64,000 nt of DNA, from positions 1 through 64,000 of the forward strand of contig CAXXIA010000002.1 of the NCBI GenBank assembly GCA_963666985.2, written 5' to 3'. Source of the DNA: Spirochaetia bacterium. Lineage in GTDB: Bacteria; Spirochaetota; Spirochaetia; DSM-2461. Positions 30,464 to 39,871 of this stretch are shown here, one piece after another (the stretch's first letter is position 1; each line of letters begins with the position of its first letter). A program made the position numbers and the translations under genes. The notes beneath the pieces were generated by a model. That model did no database searches. It saw only the letters and a program-made list of their open reading frames with translations, and was not told the origin of the DNA.

Positions 30464-31603
30464 ATGACCGGTAAAAATCCTTCGAGCGTTAAAATCGGCA
30501 GATCTCTTGAAAAAAACGAAACGTCGGCGGCTTACGAACTTTATGAAAAAATCAAACAGGAAGATATGGATGCAATACTGTTCTTCTGCTCTTCCTCATA
30601 TGACTTGGATGTTCTCGGAGACGAGCTGAAGCGATGCTTTCACCGCACGATAATCGGGTGCACCACGGCCGGAGAGATCTCTTCCGAAGGATATCAGGAA
30701 AACGGCATCACCGCCGCGAGCTTTCCCTCGTCACTGTTCAGTCTTTATCCTCTGCTCATTTCTCCGGTTTCAGGATTCGGAGCGGCGGAGGTAAAAACCC
30801 TCGTTGACTCGCTGCACAACGAACCTTTCTTCACCGAGAAAAAAGAGCATGAGAATATTTTCGGTTTCCTTTTAATCGACGGACTCTCCATTGCCGAAGA
30901 GAGGATTATCGCTCTTTTATCCAGTCAGCTTCAAAGAATTCCCATCACCGGCGGATCGGCGGGAGATAACCTGATATTTAAAGAAACAAAAGTGTACTTA
31001 AACGGCGCTTTTCATTCCGATTGCGCCGTATTGACTTTCTTTAAAACCTCTTGCCCCTTCCATATGTTCGAAACACACCATTTCCGTCCGACCGAACAAA
31101 AACTTGTTATCACCAACGCGGATCCCTCCAGAAGACTTGTTTTCGAGATTAACGGAGAACCGGCCGTCCAAGCCTATGCCGACGCGGCGGGAGTATCTCC
31201 GGAAGAACTGTCGCTGAAAATTTTCTCCAAACACCCTGTTATGCTGAAAGTCGGAGAAACCTGGTATATCCGGGCCATTTCAAAACTCAACAGCGACGGG
31301 AGCCTTACGTTTTACAGTGCCATCGATACGGGCCTTGTCCTGACTCTGGGAGAAGCGGAGGATATGGTAGGGAACCTGAAAGCCACGCTGTCCAAAATTG
31401 CCGAAGAGATTCCCGAACCTGCCGTTATTCTCGGATGCGACTGCATTCTGCGAAAACTGGAAGCTCAAGACAAAAATCTGCTGAAGGATCTGAATGCCGC
31501 TCTGAGAAACGTCCCTTTTCTCGGATTCAGCACCTATGGAGAACAAACCCAATCGGTCCATGTTAATCAGACCTTAACGGGAATCGCCATCGGGAAAGGC
31601 TGA
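30464..31603 (+). CDS. nosP: FIST-domain protein of the NosP family
   Basis: LFFCSSSYD, GCTTAGEI, LLIDGLS..EE, GGSAGD, GCDCILR, GFSTYGEQ...HVNQTLTG. Confidence 0.85.
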   Translation: MTGKNPSSVKIGRSLEKNETSAAYELYEKIKQEDMDAILFFCSSSYDLDVLGDELKRCFHRTIIGCTTAGEISSEGYQENGITAASFPSSLFSLYPLLISPVSGFGAAEVKTLVDSLHNEPFFTEKKEHENIFGFLLIDGLSIAEERIIALLSSQLQRIPITGGSAGDNLIFKETKVYLNGAFHSDCAVLTFFKTSCPFHMFETHHFRPTEQKLVITNADPSRRLVFEINGEPAVQAYADAAGVSPEELSLKIFSKHPVMLKVGETWYIRAISKLNSDGSLTFYSAIDTGLVLTLGEAEDMVGNLKATLSKIAEEIPEPAVILGCDCILRKLEAQDKNLLKDLNAALRNVPFLGFSTYGEQTQSVHVNQTLTGIAIGKG

Positions 31604-31772
31604 TGCGGTGACTTCTCCGGCCGCCGAGGTTGGAACCGCCGATTTTATTATTGCAACGCTTAACAGGCCGGGAGAATGATTCCGACCGAATCTCCAGAAG
31701 CATCCGGGCCCGTATTCGCACCATTCCGGTATTCATTCCCGATGTTCATTCTCAGATGCGGACGGAAGCACC

Positions 31773-33278
31773 TTATCCGGCGCTCTTTAACGCCGTTATA
31801 AGCCTTTCAACCCGCTTGAGCGATTCATGTTTTCCAAGAAGACGAATGGAAGGGAACAGAGGCGGACTGATTCTGCTGGCGGTGATCGCCAGCCGCAGAG
31901 GCTGCAGCAAAACGCCGATTTTCATCTCAAGTTCTTCGGCCTTCACGCGGGCGGCCTCTTCCGCCGCTTCATCCCAGGATGCGCAGGCCGCTTCATCATC
32001 CGGCGGCGGCGGATCGGGCAATCCGGCCAGAACCGCTTTGGCCTCTTCCAGTGCCGCCGCCGTGCCCGGACCGTCCATCTTTTTCGGGACGGCATCCTCC
32101 AAGGAACCCGTTCCGGGATCGGAAAAAAGAAACCGAAGCATGGGCGTTATATCGTTTAAGAGCTTGAGCCGTTCGCGAATAAGAGGAAAGGCTCCTTCAA
32201 GAATCGCCTGTTCCTCGGGCAGCGGCGGATCGGCCGTAACACCGTCGGCCGCGAGAATGGAAAGCAGCTGAGCTTTAAGATCCTCCGGGCTTTTCATACG
32301 GATGTACTGACCGTTGAACCAGTCGAGTTTCTTATAGTCGAACACGGCCGGTGATTTATTGATTTTCTCCAGGGAAAAGAGCGTGCAAAGATCGTCCTTG
32401 GAGAAGAACTCCCGCGAATCATCGTAACTCCAGCCTAAAAGAGAGACATAATTCATCACCGCTTCGGGCAGATACCCGGCCTTGCGGAACTCGGTTACCG
32501 CCGTGGCGCCGTGACGCTTGGAAAGCTTCTGACCGTCTTTTCCCATCACCATGGGCAGATGGCAATAAATAGGAACATCCCAGCCGAAGGCCTCGTAAAT
32601 CAAAACATGCAGAGGACCCGAAGGAATCCATTCCTGCGCCCGCATGATATGGGTAATCCGCATCATATGGTCGTCGATAACGTTCGCCAGATGATATGTG
32701 GGGAATCCGTCGGTTTTAAGAATTACAGGATCGGGATTGATGTCCTTGTTTTTACGGCCGGTCTCGCCGAGCAGAACATCCGTAAAAACGGTTTTGCCCT
32801 CCAGAGGGATCTTCAAGCGAATAACATGCTTCTCTCCGGCGGCAATACGCGCCGCGGCTTCCTGCGGCGGGATATCGCGGCAATGACGATCGTAGCCGAT
32901 GTTCTTCTTGGCCGCTTTCTGCTCTTCCCTGAGAGCCTCCAGACGCTCGCCGGTGCAAAAACAGGGGTAAGCCTTCCCCGCCGCGACCAGTTCGGCCGCT
33001 TTGGCGCTGTAGAGTTCTTCGCGTTCGGACTGAACGTACGGACCGAAGCCTCCGTCTTTTCCCGGCCCCTCATCGTAATCCACACCCAGCCAATTCAGTG
33101 TGGCATATAAATCTTCCAAAGCCTCGGGTGTGGAACGTTCGCGGTCGGTATCTTCCACGCGAAGAATAAATTTCCCGCCGTTTGCGCGGGCGAAAAAATA
33201 GTTGAACAGAGCGGTACGGATACCGCCGATGTGCTGAAGTCCTGTTGGTGACGGGGCATAACGGACACGAACGCTCAT
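31773..33278 (-). CDS. gltX: Glutamate--tRNA ligase
   Basis: RYAPSPTGLQHIGG, RVEDTD, KLSKRHG; start at MSVRVRY with GAGG RBS. Confidence 0.97.
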   Translation of the reverse strand: MSVRVRYAPSPTGLQHIGGIRTALFNYFFARANGGKFILRVEDTDRERSTPEALEDLYATLNWLGVDYDEGPGKDGGFGPYVQSEREELYSAKAAELVAAGKAYPCFCTGERLEALREEQKAAKKNIGYDRHCRDIPPQEAAARIAAGEKHVIRLKIPLEGKTVFTDVLLGETGRKNKDINPDPVILKTDGFPTYHLANVIDDHMMRITHIMRAQEWIPSGPLHVLIYEAFGWDVPIYCHLPMVMGKDGQKLSKRHGATAVTEFRKAGYLPEAVMNYVSLLGWSYDDSREFFSKDDLCTLFSLEKINKSPAVFDYKKLDWFNGQYIRMKSPEDLKAQLLSILAADGVTADPPLPEEQAILEGAFPLIRERLKLLNDITPMLRFLFSDPGTGSLEDAVPKKMDGPGTAAALEEAKAVLAGLPDPPPPDDEAACASWDEAAEEAARVKAEELEMKIGVLLQPLRLAITASRISPPLFPSIRLLGKHESLKRVERLITALKSAG

Positions 33279-33495
33279 AATCGGCCTCTTAGAAAGAAGA
33301 TGGATTTGCAGTATATCGCCACAGAAGAATTCGGAGAATCCCCGTAATACAGCCGAAACCTTCCTGAAAATCAGGGAAATGGTTTTATAAAAAAGCCTGA
33401 CGGGAATCGAACGCATAGCGGCTGAGAAACGTATAAAAACTGCGCCGCCGCATAAAACCGGCACATCGGACTCGGTTTTCAACCGCGGAAAATAT

Positions 33496-34083
33496 TTAAT
33501 CGTTCAGCAGCGATTCCACCTCCTGCCGGACCTTGTCGGCATTATCGAGAACGCTCTCCACATCCTGATTTTCATTAAGCGACAGTTCGATGCAGGCTCT
33601 GAGGTACTCGATTCTCTGTTCGTTGTTTCTTGTTTTAACCCGATTAACCGCGACCATTTTTCGATTGTTGTCTATCTGATTCTCGGCTCTGGTTATCGCC
33701 TCATTCTCCCGCCGTTTACGGTTTTCCAGTTCATATCGGGACCGGCGGTTTTCTTCCATACGGTTTTGAAGTTCTTTATGCACCTGAGGATCAACAACCG
33801 ACTGCATCAACGTATAGATTTCACCGGCGGAAGCGCTCAGCCGATCCGCCATATCGTCGGCCAATACGATGAATTCCCGACTTTTCTCGATTTCATTTTC
33901 AAGATTGGAGGACTCGGCATCCAGTTCGCTGTTTCGCTGAGCCATACTCCGATTGTTCTCCTCGAGTTCATTAATTTCACTCTCGGCTTCCGTAACAACA
34001 ACGTAATGAGGAACCTGTGACTGTGACGCGAGCGAAGCACAAACAACTGCGAGAAACGCGAAGAGAAGAATAATGCGTTTCAT
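33496..34083 (-). CDS. Exported coiled-coil protein of unknown function
   Basis: Signal peptide MKRIILL...ASLA followed by E/N/R-rich heptads; AAGGAG RBS. Confidence 0.75.
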   Translation of the reverse strand: MKRIILLFAFLAVVCASLASQSQVPHYVVVTEAESEINELEENNRSMAQRNSELDAESSNLENEIEKSREFIVLADDMADRLSASAGEIYTLMQSVVDPQVHKELQNRMEENRRSRYELENRKRRENEAITRAENQIDNNRKMVAVNRVKTRNNEQRIEYLRACIELSLNENQDVESVLDNADKVRQEVESLLND

Positions 34084-34216
34084 GATTGACTCCTTGGATT
34101 TTTTAAATAAACGAAAAATCTATTAATAATCCTCCGGATGACGGCTTTTCATCAATCATTTTCTTATCCGCGGAGTAATCTTCTTCCGTACTTCTCAATT
34201 CGGATTCTTAGGATTG

Positions 34217-35023
34217 TTAAGTTCCATTTGCAAGAAGTATCTCTCGAGCTTCGTTCACTCGAGAAGCCATAACAACGGCCATAAGATGGTCTTCCTTGGA
34301 TCTCTGAAGAAGACGCTCTCCGGCCGTACCGGAAAGCCGGTTTCTCAATTCCGTTCTTGCCGCCGCCGCTTTCTCCAGCTGAGATTCCGTTAATGCGTCC
34401 GTATATTGAAATAACAAACCGCATGAGAGAATCCGTATGGATGGATCTTTCCCGTCAAGCAATTCGAGCAATTCGTCAATTCCGTCCCTGCCGATCGAAA
34501 CGGCACGGCACCATTGGGCCCAATCCCTTCTTTTCGTTTTGGGATTATCGGCCAGCGGACCGAAATAAGCTTTGACGGCCTCCCGGTTCTGTTCTAAAAA
34601 AACAGGGATACCTAAAGCAACCCCCATGGACGGCAGCATCGCGGGCTTTTTTTCCCTGATTTCCTTTTCAAGCTTCTTGACGGCTTCAAGATTGGAAACC
34701 GAGAGAGCTGTGTTGATTAAAAGATTCGCATAAGGCTTCTTCAGCCGGCCCTTTGCGTATAATCGATTCTCAAGCCAAGCCAAAAGCGCCGGCCAATCTT
34801 CCTTCTCAAGAAAATCGAAAAGTTTCCAGTTCATAATGAAATAGGTATCGAGCGCACCGATCAGAGCGATAAAGAGAAGTGCGATAATCCACATGTTCCC
34901 CCAATAGATCGATGCGTAATCTTTTCCGAAAAGCAAAAAGGATGCGACTGTAAAAATAATAAGCGCCGCCGCGACAACTGCGTTAAAAAGCCAAAAAATG
35001 GACTTAAATCTCATTCCATGCAT
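34217..35023 (-). CDS. Hypothetical membrane protein (two N-terminal TM helices)
   Basis: 268-aa ORF with two TM segments then NWKLFDFLEKEDW; lies between gltX and the HD-GYP gene. Confidence 0.75.
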   Translation of the reverse strand: MHGMRFKSIFWLFNAVVAAALIIFTVASFLLFGKDYASIYWGNMWIIALLFIALIGALDTYFIMNWKLFDFLEKEDWPALLAWLENRLYAKGRLKKPYANLLINTALSVSNLEAVKKLEKEIREKKPAMLPSMGVALGIPVFLEQNREAVKAYFGPLADNPKTKRRDWAQWCRAVSIGRDGIDELLELLDGKDPSIRILSCGLLFQYTDALTESQLEKAAAARTELRNRLSGTAGERLLQRSKEDHLMAVVMASRVNEAREILLANGT

Positions 35024-35092
35024 CCTTTGTCCCGGATTTCCCTGAAACGGGAATACAGGCTATAATGTAAAAAAGTCTAGTCGAGCATTACG

Positions 35093-36304
35093 ATGGGGGT
35101 CAATGATAAAGCGATGTCCGCCAAGAAAAGGATTCCGTTAGAGGAACTCAAACCGAATACATACTACGACGCTCCGCTTTGGCTCGATGACCAATTTCTC
35201 CTTATACCGAATGAAGCCCCCGTAACGGAGATTCTCATCACGAATCTTAAAACATGGGGCTACAAATGCATTTGGACGGAAGGCTCCCTGGCTTCGGGTA
35301 AAATCACGGCCTCGGCCGAAGCCATCTCCGGAGCCGTTCTGAACAATGACGCCAAAGAATTCGAAGGCCGTCAGAAAGCCAAACGTTTTTTTGAAGATTT
35401 GGCAAAGTTCGCCCAGAAAATCTATGACAATTTCAATCGGGAAGGGAATCTCGACGTTTCCGCCATCACGGAAAAAATGAAGAACTGCATCCAGATGATT
35501 AAGGACTACAGGCCCTATATGCTCAGGCTCCCCGACCTTAAAGCCGACGGCATTGATTACCTTTATACCCATTCGGCGAGGTCCACCATTATCGCATTGG
35601 CCATAGGCGATGCCCTGAAACTTCCCAATTTCAGACTTATAGAACTCGGCATAGCCGCCGTACTTCATGAAATCGGTATGATGAAGATACCGCGGCAGTA
35701 TTATGATAAATCGACAAAACTGACCGAAAAAGAACGGCGGCTGATTACAACGCACACCTCATTGGGTTTCAAAATGCTTCAGGAATACTCAAAGGAAAAT
35801 CCCAATCCTCTCGCGCAAGACATCCTTTTGGGAGTTCTGCAGCATCATGAGAGATCCAACGGGTCGGGATATCCTCAAGGCTTAAGCAGCGAATCCACTT
35901 CTTTATTCGGGAAAATCATCGCCGTAGCCTGTTCCTATGATGCCCAGATTTCCAACCGTCCTCACAAAGACGGCGTGGACGGCTATACAAGCATGCTTAT
36001 GATGCTGAAAGAGATGAGGAATCTCTATGATGAAAAAGTCATCTCCGCAATGATCAGCGCCATTTCCATCTACCCTCTCGGAAGCTACATCCGGCTCCAA
36101 AGCGGCGCCGTCGGGATTGTCGTGGATACCGGTTCCGAGAACCCCAAGTACCCGGTTGTGAAGCTGCATCTCGATGAGAATCTTCATTTGTTCAAAGAAC
36201 AGCCCATAGTCAAAACAAGCGACGAAGAAGGGATGTCGGTAGCCGGAGTCCTCAGCGAAGAAGAAATCAAGGATTTAATCGATCAGAAGCTGCTGCCCCG
36301 GTAG
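35093..36304 (+). CDS. HD-GYP domain protein with HE variant; probable PdeB-like c-di-GMP phosphodiesterase
   Basis: YTHS, LHEIG, HHERSNGSGYP, AVACSYDA and C-terminal YPLGS...G. Start may be 35114. Confidence 0.88.
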   Translation: MGVNDKAMSAKKRIPLEELKPNTYYDAPLWLDDQFLLIPNEAPVTEILITNLKTWGYKCIWTEGSLASGKITASAEAISGAVLNNDAKEFEGRQKAKRFFEDLAKFAQKIYDNFNREGNLDVSAITEKMKNCIQMIKDYRPYMLRLPDLKADGIDYLYTHSARSTIIALAIGDALKLPNFRLIELGIAAVLHEIGMMKIPRQYYDKSTKLTEKERRLITTHTSLGFKMLQEYSKENPNPLAQDILLGVLQHHERSNGSGYPQGLSSESTSLFGKIIAVACSYDAQISNRPHKDGVDGYTSMLMMLKEMRNLYDEKVISAMISAISIYPLGSYIRLQSGAVGIVVDTGSENPKYPVVKLHLDENLHLFKEQPIVKTSDEEGMSVAGVLSEEEIKDLIDQKLLPR

Positions 36305-36324
36305 AAACCATGAAGGCCGTTTCG

Positions 36325-37746
36325 TTACGGAAGAAATTTCTTAATTTCATAGTTCTTCTGAACTTGGATTCGGCATTCTCTTAATGAAGAATATTCTCCG
36401 GCGGCAATGGACTGGACCATGATGTTCCCGATAGCCGTTGCTTCTGCGGGGCCCGCATAGACCGGGATGCCGGTGGACTGTGCCGCAAACCGGCATAAAA
36501 GTTCATCCCGGCACCCGCCGCCGATAATATGAAGCACTTCGGACTTTCGTCCTATGATTTTGTCCATACATTCCAGCGTTGTTCGATAAGATTCCGCCAG
36601 ACCTTCAATAATCGCGCGGACTATGAATCCGGGATCTCTTAAGAATTCTTGATGAGTTTCTTGAGCATAAGCGGCGATACGATCCACCATGCTGTCGCCG
36701 GGCATTCCGGGATTTACAAATCGGTTATCGTTAACATCAAGTTTAAGGGGAGATGGGCCTATGGTTTCCGCAAACGTACAAAGATCATCAAAGGACCATT
36801 TTTCGCCCTCTTCATCCCATGTCCTCTTGCATTCCTGAATCATCCAGAGACCGATAATATTTTTTAAGAACCGGAATCCGCCGTCGGCACCGCCTTCGTT
36901 GGTGAAATTATATGTATAGCTATCTTCTGTAATGATGGGTTGCGGAGTTACCGTCCCGAGAAGAGACCAAGTCCCTGAACTTACATAAGCATAAGGCTCA
37001 TCATTAATTACCGGTACGGCGGCAACGGCGCTGCCGGTATCATGCGTTGCCGGTGATACGACAACGACATCGGGATGAGCTCCAATCTCCGCCGCTATAC
37101 TTGGCAACAAACGTCCAAAAACCGTACCGGAAGGGACCACTTCACCAAAATGTTTTTTATTCAAACCGAGCAGTTCCAATAAAGGTTCCGACCAGTCCCG
37201 CGTTTTCGGATTATACAGCTGCATTGTCGTGGCATAGGAGAACTCATTTCTCATTTCTCCCGTCAGCCAATACATTAAAAGAGATGATGTTGTTAAAACA
37301 TGAGATGCGGAGTCCAAAAGATAGCCATGAGTCATTCTCTGCGCATAAAGCTGAAATAATGTATTGATATCCATAAACTGGATACCGGTTTCTCTATAAA
37401 TCGTTTTTTTCGGTATTTTGTCAAAAACCTTCTCGGGGATTCCTTGAGTTCGAGAATCTCGATAGTTATAGATGTTTCCAATCAAATCACCATGTGAATC
37501 CAGCAAGGCATAATCCAAAGCGCAGCTGTCGATTCCGATACTGACAATCTGATCCGGATATTGATCGAAAGCCATTCTGAGACCATGTTTAATCTCTTTA
37601 TAGATATTGAGGATATCCCAGAAGTGACTCTTGCGAATTCTGATTATCTCATTGGGGAAACGATAAACGACCTTTATGGATTCCAAATTTCCTACAATAA
37701 TTCGACCGTTTGAAGAACCAAGATCAACGGCAATGTATTTATTCAC
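36325..37746 (-). CDS. rhaB: Rhamnulokinase-like FGGY carbohydrate kinase
   Basis: AVDLGSSNGR, YRDSRT, HDTGSA, SSGTWSL, TNEGG, LKNIIGLW, EATAIGN. Confidence 0.85.
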   Translation of the reverse strand: MNKYIAVDLGSSNGRIIVGNLESIKVVYRFPNEIIRIRKSHFWDILNIYKEIKHGLRMAFDQYPDQIVSIGIDSCALDYALLDSHGDLIGNIYNYRDSRTQGIPEKVFDKIPKKTIYRETGIQFMDINTLFQLYAQRMTHGYLLDSASHVLTTSSLLMYWLTGEMRNEFSYATTMQLYNPKTRDWSEPLLELLGLNKKHFGEVVPSGTVFGRLLPSIAAEIGAHPDVVVVSPATHDTGSAVAAVPVINDEPYAYVSSGTWSLLGTVTPQPIITEDSYTYNFTNEGGADGGFRFLKNIIGLWMIQECKRTWDEEGEKWSFDDLCTFAETIGPSPLKLDVNDNRFVNPGMPGDSMVDRIAAYAQETHQEFLRDPGFIVRAIIEGLAESYRTTLECMDKIIGRKSEVLHIIGGGCRDELLCRFAAQSTGIPVYAGPAEATAIGNIMVQSIAAGEYSSLRECRIQVQKNYEIKKFLP

Positions 37747-37780
37747 GTTACAGCTCCAAGGAGATAATAAGAAAAATCAA

Positions 37781-37812
37781 GGCCCTGCCGAGCAGGGCCC
37801 TGGAAACAAAAG
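37781..37812 (-). terminator. Hairpin after the binding-protein gene (partial terminator or stabiliser)
   Basis: GGCCCTGC-CGA-GCAGGGCC (37781-37799), followed on the minus strand by TTGATTTTTCTT. Confidence 0.55.
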
Positions 37813-37821
37813 GTGAAAAGA

Positions 37822-38832
37822 TCAGAAGTCGTAATTGTCGACGGTATCTTTATTAAATTCGGAGGGAGCACCCATGATAATGGTCTTTCCATCGGCGGAA
37901 ACACCGATTTTACCGACATTCGGGACTTCCATTCCATCGGTAATCGCTTCTCCGGTTAAAGCCTTCTTCGCGAGATAAACGGTTAAATAACTCAAAGTCG
38001 CCGGATCCCACAGCAAAGCGGCATCAACGGATCCGTCTTTTATATACGGGCGGGCATCGTTGGGGAGAGCGCATCCGATAACGGTAATATCGTTCTGAAG
38101 ACCTTTTTCCTGAATCGCCTGTCCGGCGCCGATGGGTGCGGGAGAACTGAAGCAGATTAAACCTTCCATGCTGGGATAGGCTTTAATCAGTTCCAAAGCC
38201 TTTTGATAGGCAACCTGCTGCTTCTCATCGCTTGGTACCCTCTCGGTAAGAAGATTGAGTCCGGGATATTTCGCCGCGGCATACTTAAGCCCCGCATCAA
38301 TCCAGCAATTCAGGTTCGCAGCCGAAAGACCGCCGGTGATTATGGCGTAATCCATGGTGTCCTTTCCCGCGAACTCTACGAGCTTGTCCCAGAACATCTG
38401 GCCGTATTCCACATCATCGATTTGATGTACGGAGATATCAACAACGGAAGGATCGGCCGGTGTATCCCAGTCCATAATCAAAACGCCGGCCTGCTGTGCC
38501 TTGCGAAGAACCGGAGTCATGGCCGCAGGATCATTGGGTGCCACAGCGATGCAATCAACACCTCTGGCAATAAAATCTTCAACCATTCTTACCTGCTGAG
38601 CGGCATCGGCGGTTGTGGGACCGGTATAGATAACATTAACGCCCAAGTCCTTTCCCGCCGCCACAGCACCTTTCTCAGCGGCATTAAAATAAGGGATTCC
38701 AACAAGCTTCGGCATAACAACTATGGTAAGTTCATCATCAGCCGCCGCTTTCCCTTCACCGCCGCCGTTTGCAAAAGATACAGCGGAAACGATCAATAAG
38801 AACACAAGTGTGATACAAAGTGTTTTCTTCAT
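37822..38832 (-). CDS. Sugar ABC binding protein, LsrB/rhamnose-binding family
   Basis: MPKLVGIPYF, GPTTADAAQQ, APND, LLWDP; AGGAGG RBS. Confidence 0.88.
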   Translation of the reverse strand: MKKTLCITLVFLLIVSAVSFANGGGEGKAAADDELTIVVMPKLVGIPYFNAAEKGAVAAGKDLGVNVIYTGPTTADAAQQVRMVEDFIARGVDCIAVAPNDPAAMTPVLRKAQQAGVLIMDWDTPADPSVVDISVHQIDDVEYGQMFWDKLVEFAGKDTMDYAIITGGLSAANLNCWIDAGLKYAAAKYPGLNLLTERVPSDEKQQVAYQKALELIKAYPSMEGLICFSSPAPIGAGQAIQEKGLQNDITVIGCALPNDARPYIKDGSVDAALLWDPATLSYLTVYLAKKALTGEAITDGMEVPNVGKIGVSADGKTIIMGAPSEFNKDTVDNYDF

Positions 38833-38876
38833 AAACACCTCCTATTTTTTAAGCCGTTTACCGGCTTTTTTTTGAA

Positions 38877-39851
38877 TTAATCTCTATTTCTTAAGGAATT
38901 AAGATAATTAATCGCCAAAACGAAAATTAGAATCAATCCGATAACGACGTTGGTGAGGTAAGGATTCAGCCCCGCGATATTCAGACCGCTGTATATGACT
39001 TGAATGATTGCAACGGCAATAACAACGCCGAGAACACTTCCGTACCCTCCGGCGATGTCTGTTCCGCCGAGAACGGAAGCGGCGACACTTTGCAGAAGAT
39101 ATGAAGATCCATATGTATCTTTCGCGGAGTTATAGCGCGATGCCATAATGACGGCGGAGATTCCGCAAAGAAGCCCTGAGTAGATATACAGCTTTAGAAG
39201 AAGCTTTTTCGTATCAACACCGGAATATAATGTTGCCTTTGGATTACATCCGAGCATAAAAGCTCTAAGGCCGAAGGGCGACTTATTCAGCAATATCCAA
39301 GTTACAAGAATAATTAACGAATAAATAATTACCGGGAAAGGAATTCCAAAAACATCACCGTTTCCGAAGAAAAAGAAAGATTCGGGAAAACCGGAGATGG
39401 CGCCGCCTTTTGTAATCTTTACGGAGATTCCGCCGAATAATGTCATTGTCGCCAGAGTGACAAGAAAAGGAGTAACACCAACATAGGCAACGACAAAACC
39501 GTTTAAGGCTCCGCATGCCGCCGCCGCAATCAAGAAACCGATCAAACTGACGGCTATTACCCAGAAACTTCCGATGCCGTTACTATGGAGCGTGGAAAGA
39601 ACTAATCCGCCTATAATCGCGGATAACGCGGAAGTCGCCGTTACGGATAAGTTTATTCCTCCCGTAATGATAACCACCATCATCGCGAATGTCATTATTC
39701 CGAATTCCGGCATCTGATAAGCCATAGACTGCATATTGTAGACAGTTAGAAAAGTAGACGGTGAAATCGCCGACATTAAAATAAAAACAGAGATAAAAAC
39801 AATGAATAAAATTATTTCATTTCTATACTTTTTCGTATTAATCTGCTTCAC
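38877..39851 (-). CDS. Sugar ABC transporter permease
   Basis: ITGGINLSV, YLLQSVAASVLGG; multiple TM segments. Confidence 0.9.
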   Translation of the reverse strand: MKQINTKKYRNEIILFIVFISVFILMSAISPSTFLTVYNMQSMAYQMPEFGIMTFAMMVVIITGGINLSVTATSALSAIIGGLVLSTLHSNGIGSFWVIAVSLIGFLIAAAACGALNGFVVAYVGVTPFLVTLATMTLFGGISVKITKGGAISGFPESFFFFGNGDVFGIPFPVIIYSLIILVTWILLNKSPFGLRAFMLGCNPKATLYSGVDTKKLLLKLYIYSGLLCGISAVIMASRYNSAKDTYGSSYLLQSVAASVLGGTDIAGGYGSVLGVVIAVAIIQVIYSGLNIAGLNPYLTNVVIGLILIFVLAINYLNSLRNRD

Positions 39852-39871
39852 GAACAATTCCTCATTTCAAC

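Noticed and set aside
37822..38832. Bona fide Lsr AI-2 quorum-sensing locus
   Set aside because: The kinase is RhaB-like rather than LsrK-like and lsrR/F/G are absent; family resemblance of the binding protein alone is insufficient.
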